A DNA stretch of 61,435 nucleotides, the filler included, from Squatina squatina (lineage: Eukaryota): the NCBI GenBank assembly GCA_031763465.1. It is 4 parts of 4 records of this genome, joined end to end, with 100 filler letters (N's around TTAATTAATTAA, not from the genome) between each part and the next. Parts side by side here need not be neighbours in the genome. Positions count along the whole stretch, not along the records: positions 1 to 14,539 come from JARFOE010000235.1; 3 more parts are not named here. One strand, written 5' to 3'. Shown piece by piece: positions 1 through 12,402 of this stretch. The notes below the pieces were generated by a model. That model saw only the letters and a program-made list of their open reading frames with translations, had not been told where the DNA came from and ran no database searches. The position numbers and the translations under genes were made by a program. How positions within the stretch are numbered: the first letter of the stretch is position 1; every line of letters starts with the position of its first letter.

Positions 1-580
1 CGCAAACCAAATGTATTAAAAGAACTGCATGTTTCATTGGCTGTAGGGGAGAGACATATTGACTCCCTTGACATTTCTTGACTTAAATTGACTGTAGTTG
101 CGTGTCAGATAGTTAGAATCATCTTGCTCTCTAATGGGCAGAGCTCCACAAGGCAAAGAAATGCAGCACATTATTTCTTCCTAAATTTGAACTCTTAATC
201 TGTGTCTGTAGACAGTAATCTGCAGTTTATGAATAAACATCCGATGTCAAAGATTTTTCAGCTATCTGATCAAAACAATGGACGCACATTTACATGGGTG
301 CATTTTAAAGATTCCCGTCAGATGGTCTTTGGCAGCATTGGGCCATTTCTAACAGACATCGATTAATCCAGGCCAGCACACACCAGGCTTACGTGACACT
401 GTCCCATTAATTTAGTCAGTTTGTGGTCAGCAAACGAGTCTTTGCTGAAATTTTGACACTGGCAGCTACAATTCAGTTTGCCTAACACTGATTGTAGCAA
501 CTCATCAAGAGCTTTGTGATCAAGGGCTCTGTTCAACAGTAAACAGAAAACTAAGGAGCAAGATAAGCACACGAGAGACA

Positions 581-703
581 AAGAGATGGAAGGATATGCT
601 GATGGGGTTAGATGAATTAGTGTGGGAGGAGGCTCGCGTGGAGCATAAACACTGGCATTGACCAGTTGGGTTGAATGGCCTATTTCTGTGCTGTAAATTC
701 TAT
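581..703 (+). mobile_element. CR1-type LINE 3' end fragment
   Basis: Ends in ...ttgggttgaatggcctatttctgtgctgtaaattctat, the typical CR1/HER1-type tail of cartilaginous fish; related tails recur at ~5400, ~11365, ~13230 and ~48530. Confidence 0.7.
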
Positions 704-876
704 GGAAACATGAAATCTAGATCATATCTCCTTACACAGGAGCTGCATAAGTGATTTGACAATACTCCTAAAATTGGACCAATAATTGCCAAAATCAGGC
801 ATTTTACTAACTTCAGTGGTCTGTTTTCTCCACACTTGCTGTGATCTAGCAGAATCTGGGTGCGTCATCATTAGAA

Positions 877-963
877 TCAACAGCTTGCATTTATAAAGTG
901 CCTTTAACGTAATAAAACATCTCAAAGCACTTCACAGGAGTGTTACCAAACAAAATTTGACAA
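877..963 (-). mobile_element. L2 LINE 3' tail fragment
   Basis: caacagcttgcatttataaagtgcctttaacgtaataaaacatctcaaagcacttcacagg... is close to the reverse complement of the L2 tail at 16220-16310. Confidence 0.7.
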
Positions 964-1008
964 AATTGAGCATCGTTGCCGTGAAGACATTTCCCTCTTC
1001 TTATCCAG

Positions 1009-1144
1009 GTTATTTAATGTGGAGCTTGGACCCTCTACTGATCAGATGATGAAGCTGACGCTCGTGTTTGAACTCATTGAGCAAGATTTATCAGCGTTTC
1101 TAACCAAAGTTCACGAGCCAGGCCTTCCTCATAAAAAAATTAAG
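1009..1144 (+). CDS. Internal exon of a CDK4/CDK6/CDK21-family cyclin-dependent kinase (hinge region)
   Basis: ttccctcttcttatccag|G ... AAG|gtaggc; 136 bp, phase 2 to 0. Translates (R)LFNVELGPSTDQMMKLTLVFELIEQDLSAFLTKVHEPGLPHKKIK, which aligns with CDK6 [46 protein letters not shown]. Not in the ORF track. Confidence 0.88.
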
Positions 1145-3379
1145 GTAGGCGGGATATAATGCGATTCCTAACGGTTGACTTGTCCCAGAGCTCCTATGCG
1201 TTGGAAGGCGGTGAGAAATGATTGAAAATATGGATTATTGTTCAGGGAGAGGAAATCCTCAAACCGATTCCTGAGTTTAGCTGACCCCAATTTGGAAGGG
1301 TTCAGGGGGCTGAAGTTGGCCCTTTTACCGACAGCCGTTAGGCGCTAACAGGACGGTAAGNNNNNNNNNNNNNNNNNNNNNNNNNNNNNNNNNNNNNNNN
1401 NNNNNNNNNNNNNNNNNNNNNNNNNNNNNNNNNNNNNNNNNNNNNNNNNNNNNNNNNNNNTAACTGTCCTATTGCTGGATGCCATAAATCCCCTGTAAAT
1501 GGTGCCAAATTCAAAGTGATAGAGGAAATTTACACTCTAGAGCCTGATAAATCTTTGTGGGCAGCTTTTGTCGAGGTCAGCAGTGAGTGCCATCCCTTCG
1601 CTGCTGACCACTAAATCCAGGCCAATGTTTTAGGCATGGACTGTTTGTCAAAACAACTTGACTTAGCCCAACAGAGGAGCAAACAGTCTTAAGATTGGTT
1701 CGAGAGAAAATGAAAGGTGTTAGTGGGCCATCTCTCTAATGGCAGCAAAGCCATCAGCAACTTCTGTCCTTTCAGTTCTAACTTCAGCAATCACTCCTGC
1801 TTGACCCACAGTATCCATCAAGCCACATCTGGAAGGACAGAGAGTAACACAAAAAGCAATGATCGCTCTACCTGTCATACCTCAGGCATAGCCACAAACA
1901 GGAGCTAAAGAAATGCATGAATTGGCTCCCATATGTGTTCAAACGTGCAACATGGACATGCCACCCAGGCCCCATTTTAGTTCTGATTTCTGTTCTACTG
2001 GATCCCCACAGAGATGGAAGGAAATTAACTTTATTGCAAAAGTAGATATTTTGGGGTATGATGTCACACTCGTAGCCAATGCGGTTTCATTAAGGATTCA
2101 TTTCCATAATTGCCACATGGTAGGTTTAAGATCTCAGCCGTGCCATCAGTGGAAGCCACAAATGTGGTGTTTCCATAAAGCCAGGGCGGGAAAGTGGAAG
2201 GCGAGACACCTTTTTGTGGTTGGCACAACAGTGGAATTAGAAATTGAAAAGGGAACTAATTTGGATCAAGGTGGCACAGTGATGTTGAAGCATCGACATA
2301 CAATGCCACAGAATGGAGCAGAGGAGGTTAAACCCCTGTGATTTCATCACATGTCAGTGGTGCCCTGGCCTCAGCTGTGTTGGTATGGGGAAATGCTGCA
2401 CAGAGACCAGCTGGACAGTCACAAGGGAGAAAGGACAATCGGACAATCCTAGTGAAAACAAAGTCTTGCTAAGTGCTCAAACAAGCTAACAAATTGGTTA
2501 CAGTTGAGTCTCTGGGAAAACAACTTCCAGCTATTATATTTTGTCTGACTATGGATTCTCCTCCCAACCCATCCTGAGAAACCAACCCCTTTAAATTGAG
2601 CCTTAGCTAAAAAAAACATTTTAAAACAACTCATATCTACAATTGTGCTGTGGCAAAATGGTAAAAGAATCCTGAAAGATGACATTCCCACAAATGGAGT
2701 AACTTGAATGTGTAACTCATAAAATTCTGTTGCCTACATTCAGTAGTATCCTTATAGTGTGGCTGCTGTGTTATTTTTTTAATGAACAAAGTATGAAACA
2801 TCTAATGTGACACTAAATACAGCGTGCATGGTCTGGCTTCATCCCACATAAATAAAGGTAATGAGATGGCCATGGTTCCACCCAACATTACCCATCAGAG
2901 TAACTGCTGTTGGACTTCCACTCGTGGTTCACTGGGTCTGCAATCTCTACAGCTCTAGAACAACTAACAAATCAACCTTAACTATTATAATGCCCGCATC
3001 TCCAGAAATTTCTGTTCCCCTAGGCTGCCTTGATTTAGCATTTCATCTCGTGAGCCTTTAAGAATCATTTAATATTTCAGTAATAATGCTTCCGAGACAG
3101 GAGTGGCTTCCTTACGGTTACTGCAATATTAATCAAATCTGTATAATTAAAATTCATGTGTCTAGCATGCCCATTACATCATACATTTCAAAGGTGTCGC
3201 ACCTCTATCACATGACACAAAATCATGATTAGCTCAAATAATCATGTATCCACAGTTACCTGATTGACTCAAATGATAAAATCAAAAGGTGGCAAAAAAA
3301 CGAAGACTCCAGGGAGCACGTCAACAATTCACAGCAACAGCCAGGAAAAGAAAATGAGTCCAACCAACAAAAGACTCAC

Positions 3380-4020
3380 GAGGATCAATTTTAATCCCTA
3401 ATGGGGTAAATGCAAGATGCATTCACAGGCCTAAGTTTTAGGCCCGAGGTATTTTAACTCCTAGATCTCATCTGCATGCCGATGAGCTGCTTGGCTGAAA
3501 TAGGTGGAAAGTGGCAGCTGGCTGGCAGGTGGGAGCAGAAGTTCAGAGGTCAGAGGTCGTTGGCCAGCATCGTTGGAAGGCTCACCAAGAAGCAGGTAAG
3601 TCATGGAAGGGGTCTTGCGTGAGTTGTTGGGCGGGGCGGGGTAAGTGGGAGAATGTCCAGGGCAGGAGAGCTCAGGACTTTCCTTGTGGGGGGGGGCCTA
3701 GAGGAGCACTCTATGTTTCCTCAGGACCCACAAAGGAATGGTTTTCTGTTAGCTTGGAGGGCCTCCGTCCTTCCTGACAGCTGCCGACCTGCCTTCACCT
3801 GGTGGGAAAGTTGTGCTAGCTTCCCCGCTCAGGCCCGGGATAAAATGCAATTGGGGTTTGCTGTAATAGGAATCCGATTCGCATTCATTCATGAGGCTCT
3901 CGTCTGCTTCCAGCGAGCGGCCCAGCCACCCAAACTACAGCAAGCCATTAAAATGGTGGCCAATGGGTTTCATGTGGGAAAGGGGCGGTGAGNNNNNNNN
4001 NNCACCACCTTTAACTGGCA
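3380..4020. mobile_element. GC-rich non-autonomous DNA transposon (MITE-like) remnant
   Basis: Abrupt GC-rich block starting ggatcaattttaa; shares motifs with blocks at ~23230-23380, ~38610-38950 and ~41680-42060; no coding signal. Confidence 0.45.
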
Positions 4021-5284
4021 GGCAGGGTGGGTTGCAATCAGCTCCACTGAGTGACAGCCAGATATGTAGCAGAAGAGAAAATGAGGGTGACTCAAATATT
4101 CCAGCTGGTGGACCAAGTACATTAGTCATCATCTCCAAGTTTAACATTAGATTATGAATGCATCTCTAATAGTTCAGATATTAGCATTGCTTGTCAATGC
4201 CTTAGGCACCAAATGCTCCATGGGGCATACTTATTCTGGCAGTCCAGCTTTCAATTAGTTATGTGTGTAGAATGTGGTTTGGATTGTATAATTTCAACAT
4301 TGCTTAATTTGTTTGATAAACACAAGCACATTTTGGAAACACTTCTCAGCAAAAGCAGTGATACTATTATACCACATGAAAATATGCCGTAATATTAAAA
4401 AAAATACATCAATGTACGGTACACTCACAAGTTTACTGCTACATGTGCTCACATTGGGGAAAAAGCCACCTCAAACCTCACTTGTTTATTTAATTAACAG
4501 CATTTCTAGAGAAATGAAATTGATCTTTTTCTGGTTTCTGTGTTGCAGTTTTTGAAGATAGACAATTGAAAGCAGAACATGCAATTCATTCAAAATGTCA
4601 ACATGTCTTCCAAAACAGAATGAAGAAGCTACAAGTAGATTGAAAAGGTTATAAGCAAAGGTGGTGAAAATTCTGTTTAAGCCCCACGTTCAAATTCGCA
4701 GCGTTTCATGTATTTTTTATATTAATCTCTATAAGAAGCATTAAGCACAGTTTAGTCAATCTCATTTAATGTGCGATACATAGGAATGCAAGGTTGGGAC
4801 CTAAAGAGAAGTGAAAATAGAGCAAAACGATTGTGAAGAAAGGATTGAGCCTCCGCTGATATTTTAAGACCTGAATTTCAAATCTCTAGATATCCAAGCA
4901 GGCACTGGACAGAGGCATGGTTCCACCTCCTTCATACACTGATCACTTTCTTCATTATCACAGCAGGGGCAAAGGTTGCTCAGCAGTTGCAAGACACACA
5001 CAGTATCTCGTGATCTTGCCTCTCTTTGAAGATCCTGTACTGGAAATCCATTGTGATAATTCTTCCTTTTCACTTCCATGGTTTACCCTGACAGAATCAG
5101 CCTGCGAAGAATGGCGGGAGGCAAGGGCACAGCAGGACACATCCTGGAGTTATCTTCCATCTCAGCCCACCCTCCACGTTAAGGNNNNNNNNNNNNNNNN
5201 NNNNNNNNNNNNNNNNNNNNNNNNNNNNNNNNNNNNNNNNNNNNNNNNNNNNNNNNNNNNNNNNNNNNNNNNNNNNNNNNNNNN

Positions 5285-5455
5285 GTATATTCAAGACAGA
5301 GATTGATAGATTTCTAGATGTTAAAGGAAACAAGGGATATGGGGATAGTGCAGAAAAATGGCGTTAAGGTAGAAGATCAGCCATGATCTTGTTGAATGGC
5401 GGAGTAGGCTCGAGGGGCCGAATGCCCTACTCTTATTCCTTATATTCTTATGATA
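5285..5455 (+). mobile_element. CR1 LINE 3' end
   Basis: ttcaagacagagattgatagatttctagat... (FKTEIDRFL, ORF2 C-terminus) followed by gtagaagatcagccatgatcttgttgaatggcggagtaggctcgaggggccgaatg; similar copy at 48380-48570. Confidence 0.8.
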
Positions 5456-6170
5456 CACTGTTCTGTAAACATCTCCAGTGCCGAGAGAGTTAACCTGAAA
5501 ACTTCCTCGAGCCTTCTCACTGAAGTAACATGCATTGAATTATTTCATTGCATTGATGAGGTAAAATTGCCCAACAACCATTGTAAATTATTATATCCAA
5601 TTGCTTCTTGAAGCCATTGAAGAGATTAACAGCACAAAATTACCACAGAACCTTAATGAACCCACAGCCACGAGTCTCCTAAATGCTACTGGCAAATCAC
5701 TAAATTATGGAATTAATACAGCTCCCTCGATGTCCGTCACAGAACAGCATGCTATAATTCTCAGGCTGAAGTATAATTGCCTGCAGTAAAGCCTCATCAT
5801 CAGAATTAAAGAGGGATGGTACTTTTCCAGTATGACTGCTTAGGGTACATGATTGAATTATAGGTAATGGTGACTTTAGTAAAGTGTCTGTGGAAAGTTA
5901 ATGGTCTATTCTAGACCAATTTAGATTATTAGAACTATAATGGAAGACTAGTTGACTTGAGGTTTTTTAAAGCTATAGATGAACAATTCAATGGGGGAAC
6001 ATCAAGATTTTCTAGCATACAACCAGTAACAATTCAGTTAGTACCATACTTATATCATCACATGCTACTTTGTAAGAAACTTGATTGGTAGAATTAAAAT
6101 AGGAAGTAGAGAAGGTTTTTTTCATTTGTTCCTGGGATGGGGATGTCGCTGGCCAGGCTGGCATTTATTA

Positions 6171-6266
6171 CTGAAGCGAAATACTGCGGATGCTGGACTT
6201 GAATCTAGAATACAAACAAAAAATGCTGGAAAAACTCAGGAGGTCAGGCAGCAGCTGTGGAGAGAA
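6171..6266 (-). mobile_element. Penelope-like element terminal fragment
   Basis: aaatactgcggatgctgga...aaaatgctggaaaaactcaggaggtcaggcagcagctgtggagaga resembles the common shark Penelope-type terminal repeat. Confidence 0.55.
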
Positions 6267-6366
6267 NNNNNNNNNNNNNNNNNNNNNNNNNNNNNNNNNN
6301 NNNNNNNNNNNNNNNNNNNNNNNNNNNNNNNNNNNNNNNNNNNNNNNNNNNNNNNNNNNNNNNNNN

Positions 6367-6497
6367 TTTGGGCAGCTTGGCCAAAGAGGCAGGTTTTTAG
6401 GGAACATCTTAAGGAAAGAGAGATAGAGAGGCGGAGAGGTTTAGGGAGAGAATTCCAGAGCTTAGAGCCTTGGCAGCTGAAAGCACGGTCATCAACG
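6367..6497 (-). mobile_element. L2 LINE 3' fragment
   Basis: agagaggcggagaggtttagggagagaattccagagcttagagccttggcagctgaaagcacgg matches the reverse complement of 16071-16190. Confidence 0.75.
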
Positions 6498-8859
6498 GGG
6501 AGGAAAGATTTGTGGGTTGAAGTTACCCAAACTCATTTAACTCAGGACCCTTGCAGCCAGTAGAGACTGACTTTCATCCCATCAGCCTTTGGCTTTGAAC
6601 CCAATCCCTATAGCACTCATTTTAAATAGCACAATGCTCAATTCTTTATTCACACCAGTTTTAATTGGAGGTCAGGATATTCAGCAGTATGATTCTGGCA
6701 AAGGTTTTAGTTTTTGGCTCACTTTAGTGAGTTCTGCTCATGCCTAACAAATATGAACATCACAATAGCATATGCTGTGGAACTTTCAAATAGTCTTTAG
6801 TGTGTGCTGTTAATGCTTAATCGCCAACAAACCTTCACTAAACATCTCTAAGGCATTATGACTTTAGAAAATTAATCTCACTTTCACAATACATCGAATG
6901 CAATATGCACATTTTAAGAAGCAGCGGGTATTATTATGGCTTAGAAAATGGTTTGTTCCTCAATGGCAGTCCACGGAAACATTTGAAAGGATTTGTGTTC
7001 CACGCAATTGTCAGGCCTTTCTCTAGAGGCAGCACAACCAAAATCGAGCCGAGCAGTGTGGAAAATCATACATTCAGAATACATAAAACTGGTGTCACCA
7101 CCTACCATATTTGCCCAGTCTCTTGGTTGTGTTCAAAATCCACTGTGACAGAACCATAAAGTGGAGCAAAGTACACTTTTTCTATATCCAACAGTAAATA
7201 GGTGAGGTACCCAAGTTGGCCCATCCTGATAAAAAGGTTTGGAGCCTTGATCAGCTTGTCTGCATTCCTAGTAAACTAAAGCCCACAGGACTTTGAGCAC
7301 TGTTGAAGAAAGTGTTCATTATTCTTTGGCAGTTTACAAACACATTGCAATGAGGTAAATCTTACTGAAAGGCCCTTGCAAGCAGCATTTTATCAAACAA
7401 AAATATTATTTGTGAAGACAGTCCCACTGTAATAGACTGTAATGATTCGGCCTTTTTAAATTGGTTCACCTCTTTTATTGGCAGGTTCTCCTGACTTGTC
7501 ATTCAGAATCAGGGGTTTTCATAAATTCTTGGCATTTTCTCATTAGCAGTCTTTAAACTATTTCCTTCACTTTTGGTTTGTGAAGTGCTTACCTCTTCAG
7601 TTATGATTTGCTGTTTTGCTTTGAGACAATCAACGAAATATGACAGGATAAATGTGATGGCAAAAGTGATATTTTCAGAAAGCAAGTATTGTAAAACATT
7701 AAGTGTGTACAAATCTTTTAACTTGTTACAGATTAGTAGATTGCCCATGGTATTGTTTGGATAGTTGGACAATGTTATGTTTTACAAGGACAGATTATAC
7801 CATATAATGTATTGTGGTGTAAAGTGGACTATTAAGGTCACAAAACTTAATAGTTATGTAAACACAGAATCAGATGAGCCAATTTAACTTTGGTCCAGGA
7901 ACTTTGCAAATTGGAATGCATTCTTCAGTTCAGGATGCAGCTCCCCAGTACTCAACATTTTAAGATTATTCTGCATCTGTAGCGAAGTATGAAATCTGGA
8001 GTGTGACAAATGCACTAGCTAGATACATTATATGTTCTCACTTGATACAAATCTCCAGGAAGAAAGGTGAAAGCAGAATCATGTTATTCAAGTCTATTGA
8101 TACAGCCTTCCCATCGCAGTAGGTTTTATTCTTGAATGGTTAAGATTGACCAAATGGGCTTCGTCATCTGTATTCATCTTGTGAAAATGGTTTTCATTAG
8201 CATATAACAGAAATAATGAGTAAGCCAACAAATATAAATCCAATGGACAGCAATCTGATGATTTCAGGGGCACATTGTGACCACCTCAGGGACTGGAGTT
8301 TGAAATCTATTCCTTAAAAAGATAGAGAAACTAGGAAACCATGGGAAACTACTGCAAAGTGGGCAGAGGGAAAACTTGTGGACTTCAAGTAACCACAAGT
8401 TTTTAAGATCTAGAGCCTGCCAGTGGAGGACAAAGATACTTCAAGATGAGCAAGTGTGGCATTGTGAACAAAGATGCATTGAATGGAAATACTGAAATGT
8501 GCGAGGAAAATGCCTTCAGCACACAGGGTACAATAGGCTTCATAACGGCTAGTAAAAGGGGAGAAGTGCAATTAGTAGACTACACAATGAAACTTTTTGT
8601 TCAAAAAAAGCTCCCAAAATTTCCTTTCCTTGTTTCCCCCTTATGGGCACAGTGGTATTAATTAGAATGTTAATAGCATAACCGACTCAGGCTTTTGAAA
8701 GTCTGAGGTCTTCAGGTCAATACATTGATGAAGGTAGCCAAAGACACAAAAGGAATGGAGAGTTAAGATTAATCATTAATCATAATTGAGTAACTGAGAA
8801 AAAAAATGGTGACTGAAATGAATCTGAAATTTTTGTGAGCAATTTGATTGGTTGAGTTT

Positions 8860-9222
8860 CAGGTGAAGGTGCGACCACAGCGCTGTTAGGGAGGGAGTTC
8901 CAGGATTTTGACCCAGCAACAATGAAGGAACGGTGATTATGGGTCCTGAAATTGCAACCGGGTGGGAACCCGGGGAGACATCGCAAAAGCCAGTTATGGG
9001 ACTCTACATCATAAGCCCGCACAACTGGCATTTACGATCTGTCCAGGAACTTCTGGACAGATCCAATGCTGAGGCTGTGAAGCCCATCCCCAGTGCTGAG
9101 CTTGGTGATATTTTTGCAATACTTGCACAGGGGATCTCTTGAAAAAATTTTTACGCATGGTAAAACCTAGAATATCTGCTTGGTTTTACCATAAGAAATG
9201 TTTTTAAAAAATTCAAAATTTA
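8860..9222. mobile_element. CR1-group LINE fragment (minus, 8860-8937) abutting a GC-rich TIR element (8941-9222)
   Basis: gctgttagggagggagttccaggattttgacccagc also occurs at 16020-16070 and 28390-28440; the second part starts gggtcctgaaattgc like other TIR elements in the window. Confidence 0.55.
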
Positions 9223-9720
9223 NNNNNNNNNNNNNNNNNNNNNNNNNNNNNNNNNNNNNNNNNNNNNNNNNNNNNNNNNNNNNNNNNNNNNNNNNNNNNN
9301 NNNNNNNNNNNNNNNNNNNNNNCCGAAGTTTGTAGTAAACGGACAGGAAACTTAACTCAATATTTAAAATAAGGCAATGACATCCCAGCCAAAAAAGTTA
9401 AACCCAATTATAAAAATCAGCACAGAATACTCTGCCTGTACTTTTGGTTCAAGGTTATATACAAATGTGCAGAAAGAGGGAAAAAAAGATAGCTGGGGAT
9501 CACTTGTATAAAACACAAGTTAAAGTTACTTCCATGTCTCTGCAAAGGCAGATGTTTAAAAAGTAAAAGAAAAAAGGTTCATCCCAACCCAACTTCAAAA
9601 ATAAACCAATTAGATCATTTCAAATGTACAACGCAAATTCCAAACAATCCAAAACAAATCTAGAGCCTGTACAGACTAAAAATATTTACAGATTTATATA
9701 TAATGCCTAGAGCTCATATT

Positions 9721-9864
9721 TCATTCGACACTTTCCGACAGTCTTTTCTCCCGTTTGTACAGTTCGTTTTCTTTCAGGAGCTTGAGGTTTTCGGCTCTCA
9801 TTCTTTCAATCTCTCGTTCCAATTCTCTCATTTTGTTTTCCATAACCTCACCACTCCTGGCCAT
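9721..9864 (-). CDS. HEXIM1: HEXIM (P-TEFb inhibitor) C-terminal coiled coil, 5' truncated by a gap
   Basis: Minus frame MARSGEVMENKMRELEREIERMRAENLKLLKENELYKREKRLSESVE* aligns with human HEXIM1 RVRELELELDRLRAENLQLLTENELHRQQE; followed by an AT-rich 3' UTR-like tract (9323-9720). Too short for the ORF track. Confidence 0.85.
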   Translation of the reverse strand: MARSGEVMENKMRELEREIERMRAENLKLLKENELYKREKRLSESVE

Positions 9865-9964
9865 NNNNNNNNNNNNNNNNNNNNNNNNNNNNNNNNNNNN
9901 NNNNNNNNNNNNNNNNNNNNNNNNNNNNNNNNNNNNNNNNNNNNNNNNNNNNNNNNNNNNNNNN

Positions 9965-10765
9965 CCTCAACCATCCCAACTCTGACCTCACAACATGACT
10001 ACCTTCATATCAGCCCTCACCAGACTCATCTCTCCCATGAAGCCCATATCCTGTTTCCTTGACCTCTCCTCACTCAGCTTCTGACTACTCAACTGCTCCT
10101 TTTCAACTCAATGCTCTCTGACATCTTCAACTGTTCCTTCTCCTCAGGCTTTTTTGCTTCCACTTTTAAAGCTGCCACAACCTGCTCTTTCAAAAGCCTA
10201 CTTGTTCCTTTAAAAAGCCCATCCTTGACCCCTATGTCCTCTCAAACTACCGCCCTTCCCTAACTCCCACTCAGATTCTGGAAGCTGTTGTTGCCACTCA
10301 AATTTGTGTCCATCTCTTTCACCATTCCCTGTTCAAGCCCCTTCACTCCAGCTCTGTCCAACCCACAGCATCAAAACCACCCTGGTCAAAGTCACCAACA
10401 ACATTCCGTGTGCCTGTGGCCATGGTGCATTATCCCTCCTTGACATCTCTGCAGCCTCCATTATGTTCAACTACACCATCCTCCTCGATTACCTCTTGTT
10501 CCTGTCTGCACTCTTCCAACTCTGGTTTACTATGCATTTTCTCCATCAGTGGCAGAATCTTGCTCCACATTCTCGAATTCCCTCCCTAAATCCTTGCACC
10601 TCTCGATATCTCTGCCAATTTAAAAAGCTTCCTAAAACCTATCTCTTCTGCAACATCTTTGGTCACCTGCCATAACCGTATTCCTACTCCTGCCAAGTCT
10701 GACCCTGAATTGTGAACTTGGGACATTTTATTTTGTTAAAGGCTCTGTTTAAATGCAAGTTGTTG
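9965..10765 (+). mobile_element. Degenerate, internally deleted L2 LINE (RT remnant plus 3' tail)
   Basis: RT-like remnants (KPILDP..SNYRP; HSIKTTLVKVTNNI, cf. HSTETALVKVTND; LLDISAA) and the L2 tail aaatgcaagttgttg. Confidence 0.8.
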
Positions 10766-11744
10766 TTTCCTGGTGAAAGAACACTAGTAATGCCACAGCT
10801 GGAATAAAATTCTATTTTTTCTATGAGCAATGGGCTGGCCTATAAAATCATTATGGAAAAGTTGCATTGTATGAATTGTTGAGCAATGTTTCAGAATATT
10901 ATAATACTTTTAAATCAATCACATTGTTGATGGAGGAGAAAATGTTTTAAATATTGAAAGAGCGCTCTTTTTCGTCTTCTCAGTCAGCACCTGATTCATG
11001 AATCCTAGTGTAAAGTTCAGTTATCTTATATTTAACTAGAACGGACAAGATTAACTGATTAATAAATGAACCATGATTTCATCAAAATCTTATAAGTCTT
11101 TGAAAAACACTTTTTCACAATTTTCCCAAATTATTTTAATGTGACATAAGGAAGGTTTCTTATTAATATTTTAATAAATTGAAAAATAGATATCGCACTT
11201 GATATTATGCAAAGTACTGACATTAATCTGTATGTCCAAGTGATGATTTGGCCCACATGTTGTTGAATGCGAGGACCAAGAATTAATTTTCTCAGTGCCA
11301 GCCAACACAGCAACTGTCTTATACTAATTTTCAGGGAGCCAGCATAAGCACAATGGGAATTTGGACTGTTTCTGTGCTGTAAATTTCTATGGTTGCATTA
11401 AGTAGAAATATGTTACGCATAGCACATGCATACATAGAGAAAAAAAAACAGAATCTCACTCGTGGCCCAGTTCGTTAACCAGATAGCCTATTTTTTCTGA
11501 GTGTATGGAAATCCACTATATAAATGTAACCAATGTTCGCTCTAATTTTTTTTGTGTGCGGTCCCGTTAAATTTGCTGCACGGTATCTTCCAGCTTGTGA
11601 GCGACCTGNNNNNNNNNNNNNNNNNNNNNNNNNNNNNNNNNNNNNNNNNNNNNNNNNNNNNNNNNNNNNNNNNNNNNNNNNNNNNNNNNNNNNNNNNNNN
11701 NNNNNNNNATCCTGGACACTGCAAAGCTCACTTTGGACACACAA

Positions 11745-11931
11745 GGGGTGAAATTGGACTTGGCCGGGAACACAAAACAGGAGGAATCACTTTAGTTGCC
11801 CATTATACCACGCGCCCGATAGTAAGTTCTAGTGAAGTCAATGGAGTTGAATATGGGGCGGAGCGTATAACGGGTGACCAATACGATATCACCCATTTTG
11901 TGTCCCCTGGCCATGCCCCATTTTACCCCCA
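11745..11931. mobile_element. Short MITE with imperfect terminal inverted repeats
   Basis: Begins ggggtgaaattgg, ends ccattttaccccc; internal partial symmetry around gaagtcaatgg. Confidence 0.55.
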
Positions 11932-11974
11932 TGGTCTTTCCATTTATAGAGTTTTTGNNNNNNNNNNACACTGG

Positions 11975-12402
11975 CAAGTGTCGGCTGTGGCTCAGTGGGT
12001 AGCACACTCGCCTCTGAGGCAGGTTCATAGCTCCACGCCAGAGACTTGAACACAAAAATCTAGGCTGACGCTCCAATGCAGTACTGGAGAAGTGCTGCAC
12101 TGTCAGAGGCGCCATCTTTCAGGTGAGACGTTAAAGATCCCAGTGCACTATTTTGAAGAAGAGCAGAGAGTTCTCCCCGGTGTCCTGGGACCAACATTTA
12201 TCCCATCAACCAACATCACTAAAACAGATTATCTCGTCATTATCGCATTGCAGTTTGTGGGAGCTTGCTGTGCAGAAATTGGCTGCCTCTTTACCTACAT
12301 TACAACAGTGACTACACTTCAAAAAGTACTTCATTGGCTGTAAAGCGCTTTGGAAAGTCCGGTGGTCATGAAAAGCGCTGCATTAATGCAAGTCTTTCTT
12401 TC
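11975..12402 (+). mobile_element. Near full-length tRNA-derived Deu-domain SINE (SacSINE1/AmnSINE1-like)
   Basis: A-box tggctcagtgg and degenerate B-box ggttca; central gtgctgcactgtcagaggcgccatctttcaggtgagacgttaaa...gaagaagagcag..gttctcccc; L2-type tail gtaaagcgctttgg...aatgcaagtctttcttt. Confidence 0.85.

Noticed and set aside
1913-2341. 142-aa plus-strand ORF
   Set aside because: No recognisable domain or splice context; compatible with chance or decayed repeat
11975-12050. tRNA gene
   Set aside because: The A/B-box-like sequence is the head of a SINE; no complete cloverleaf
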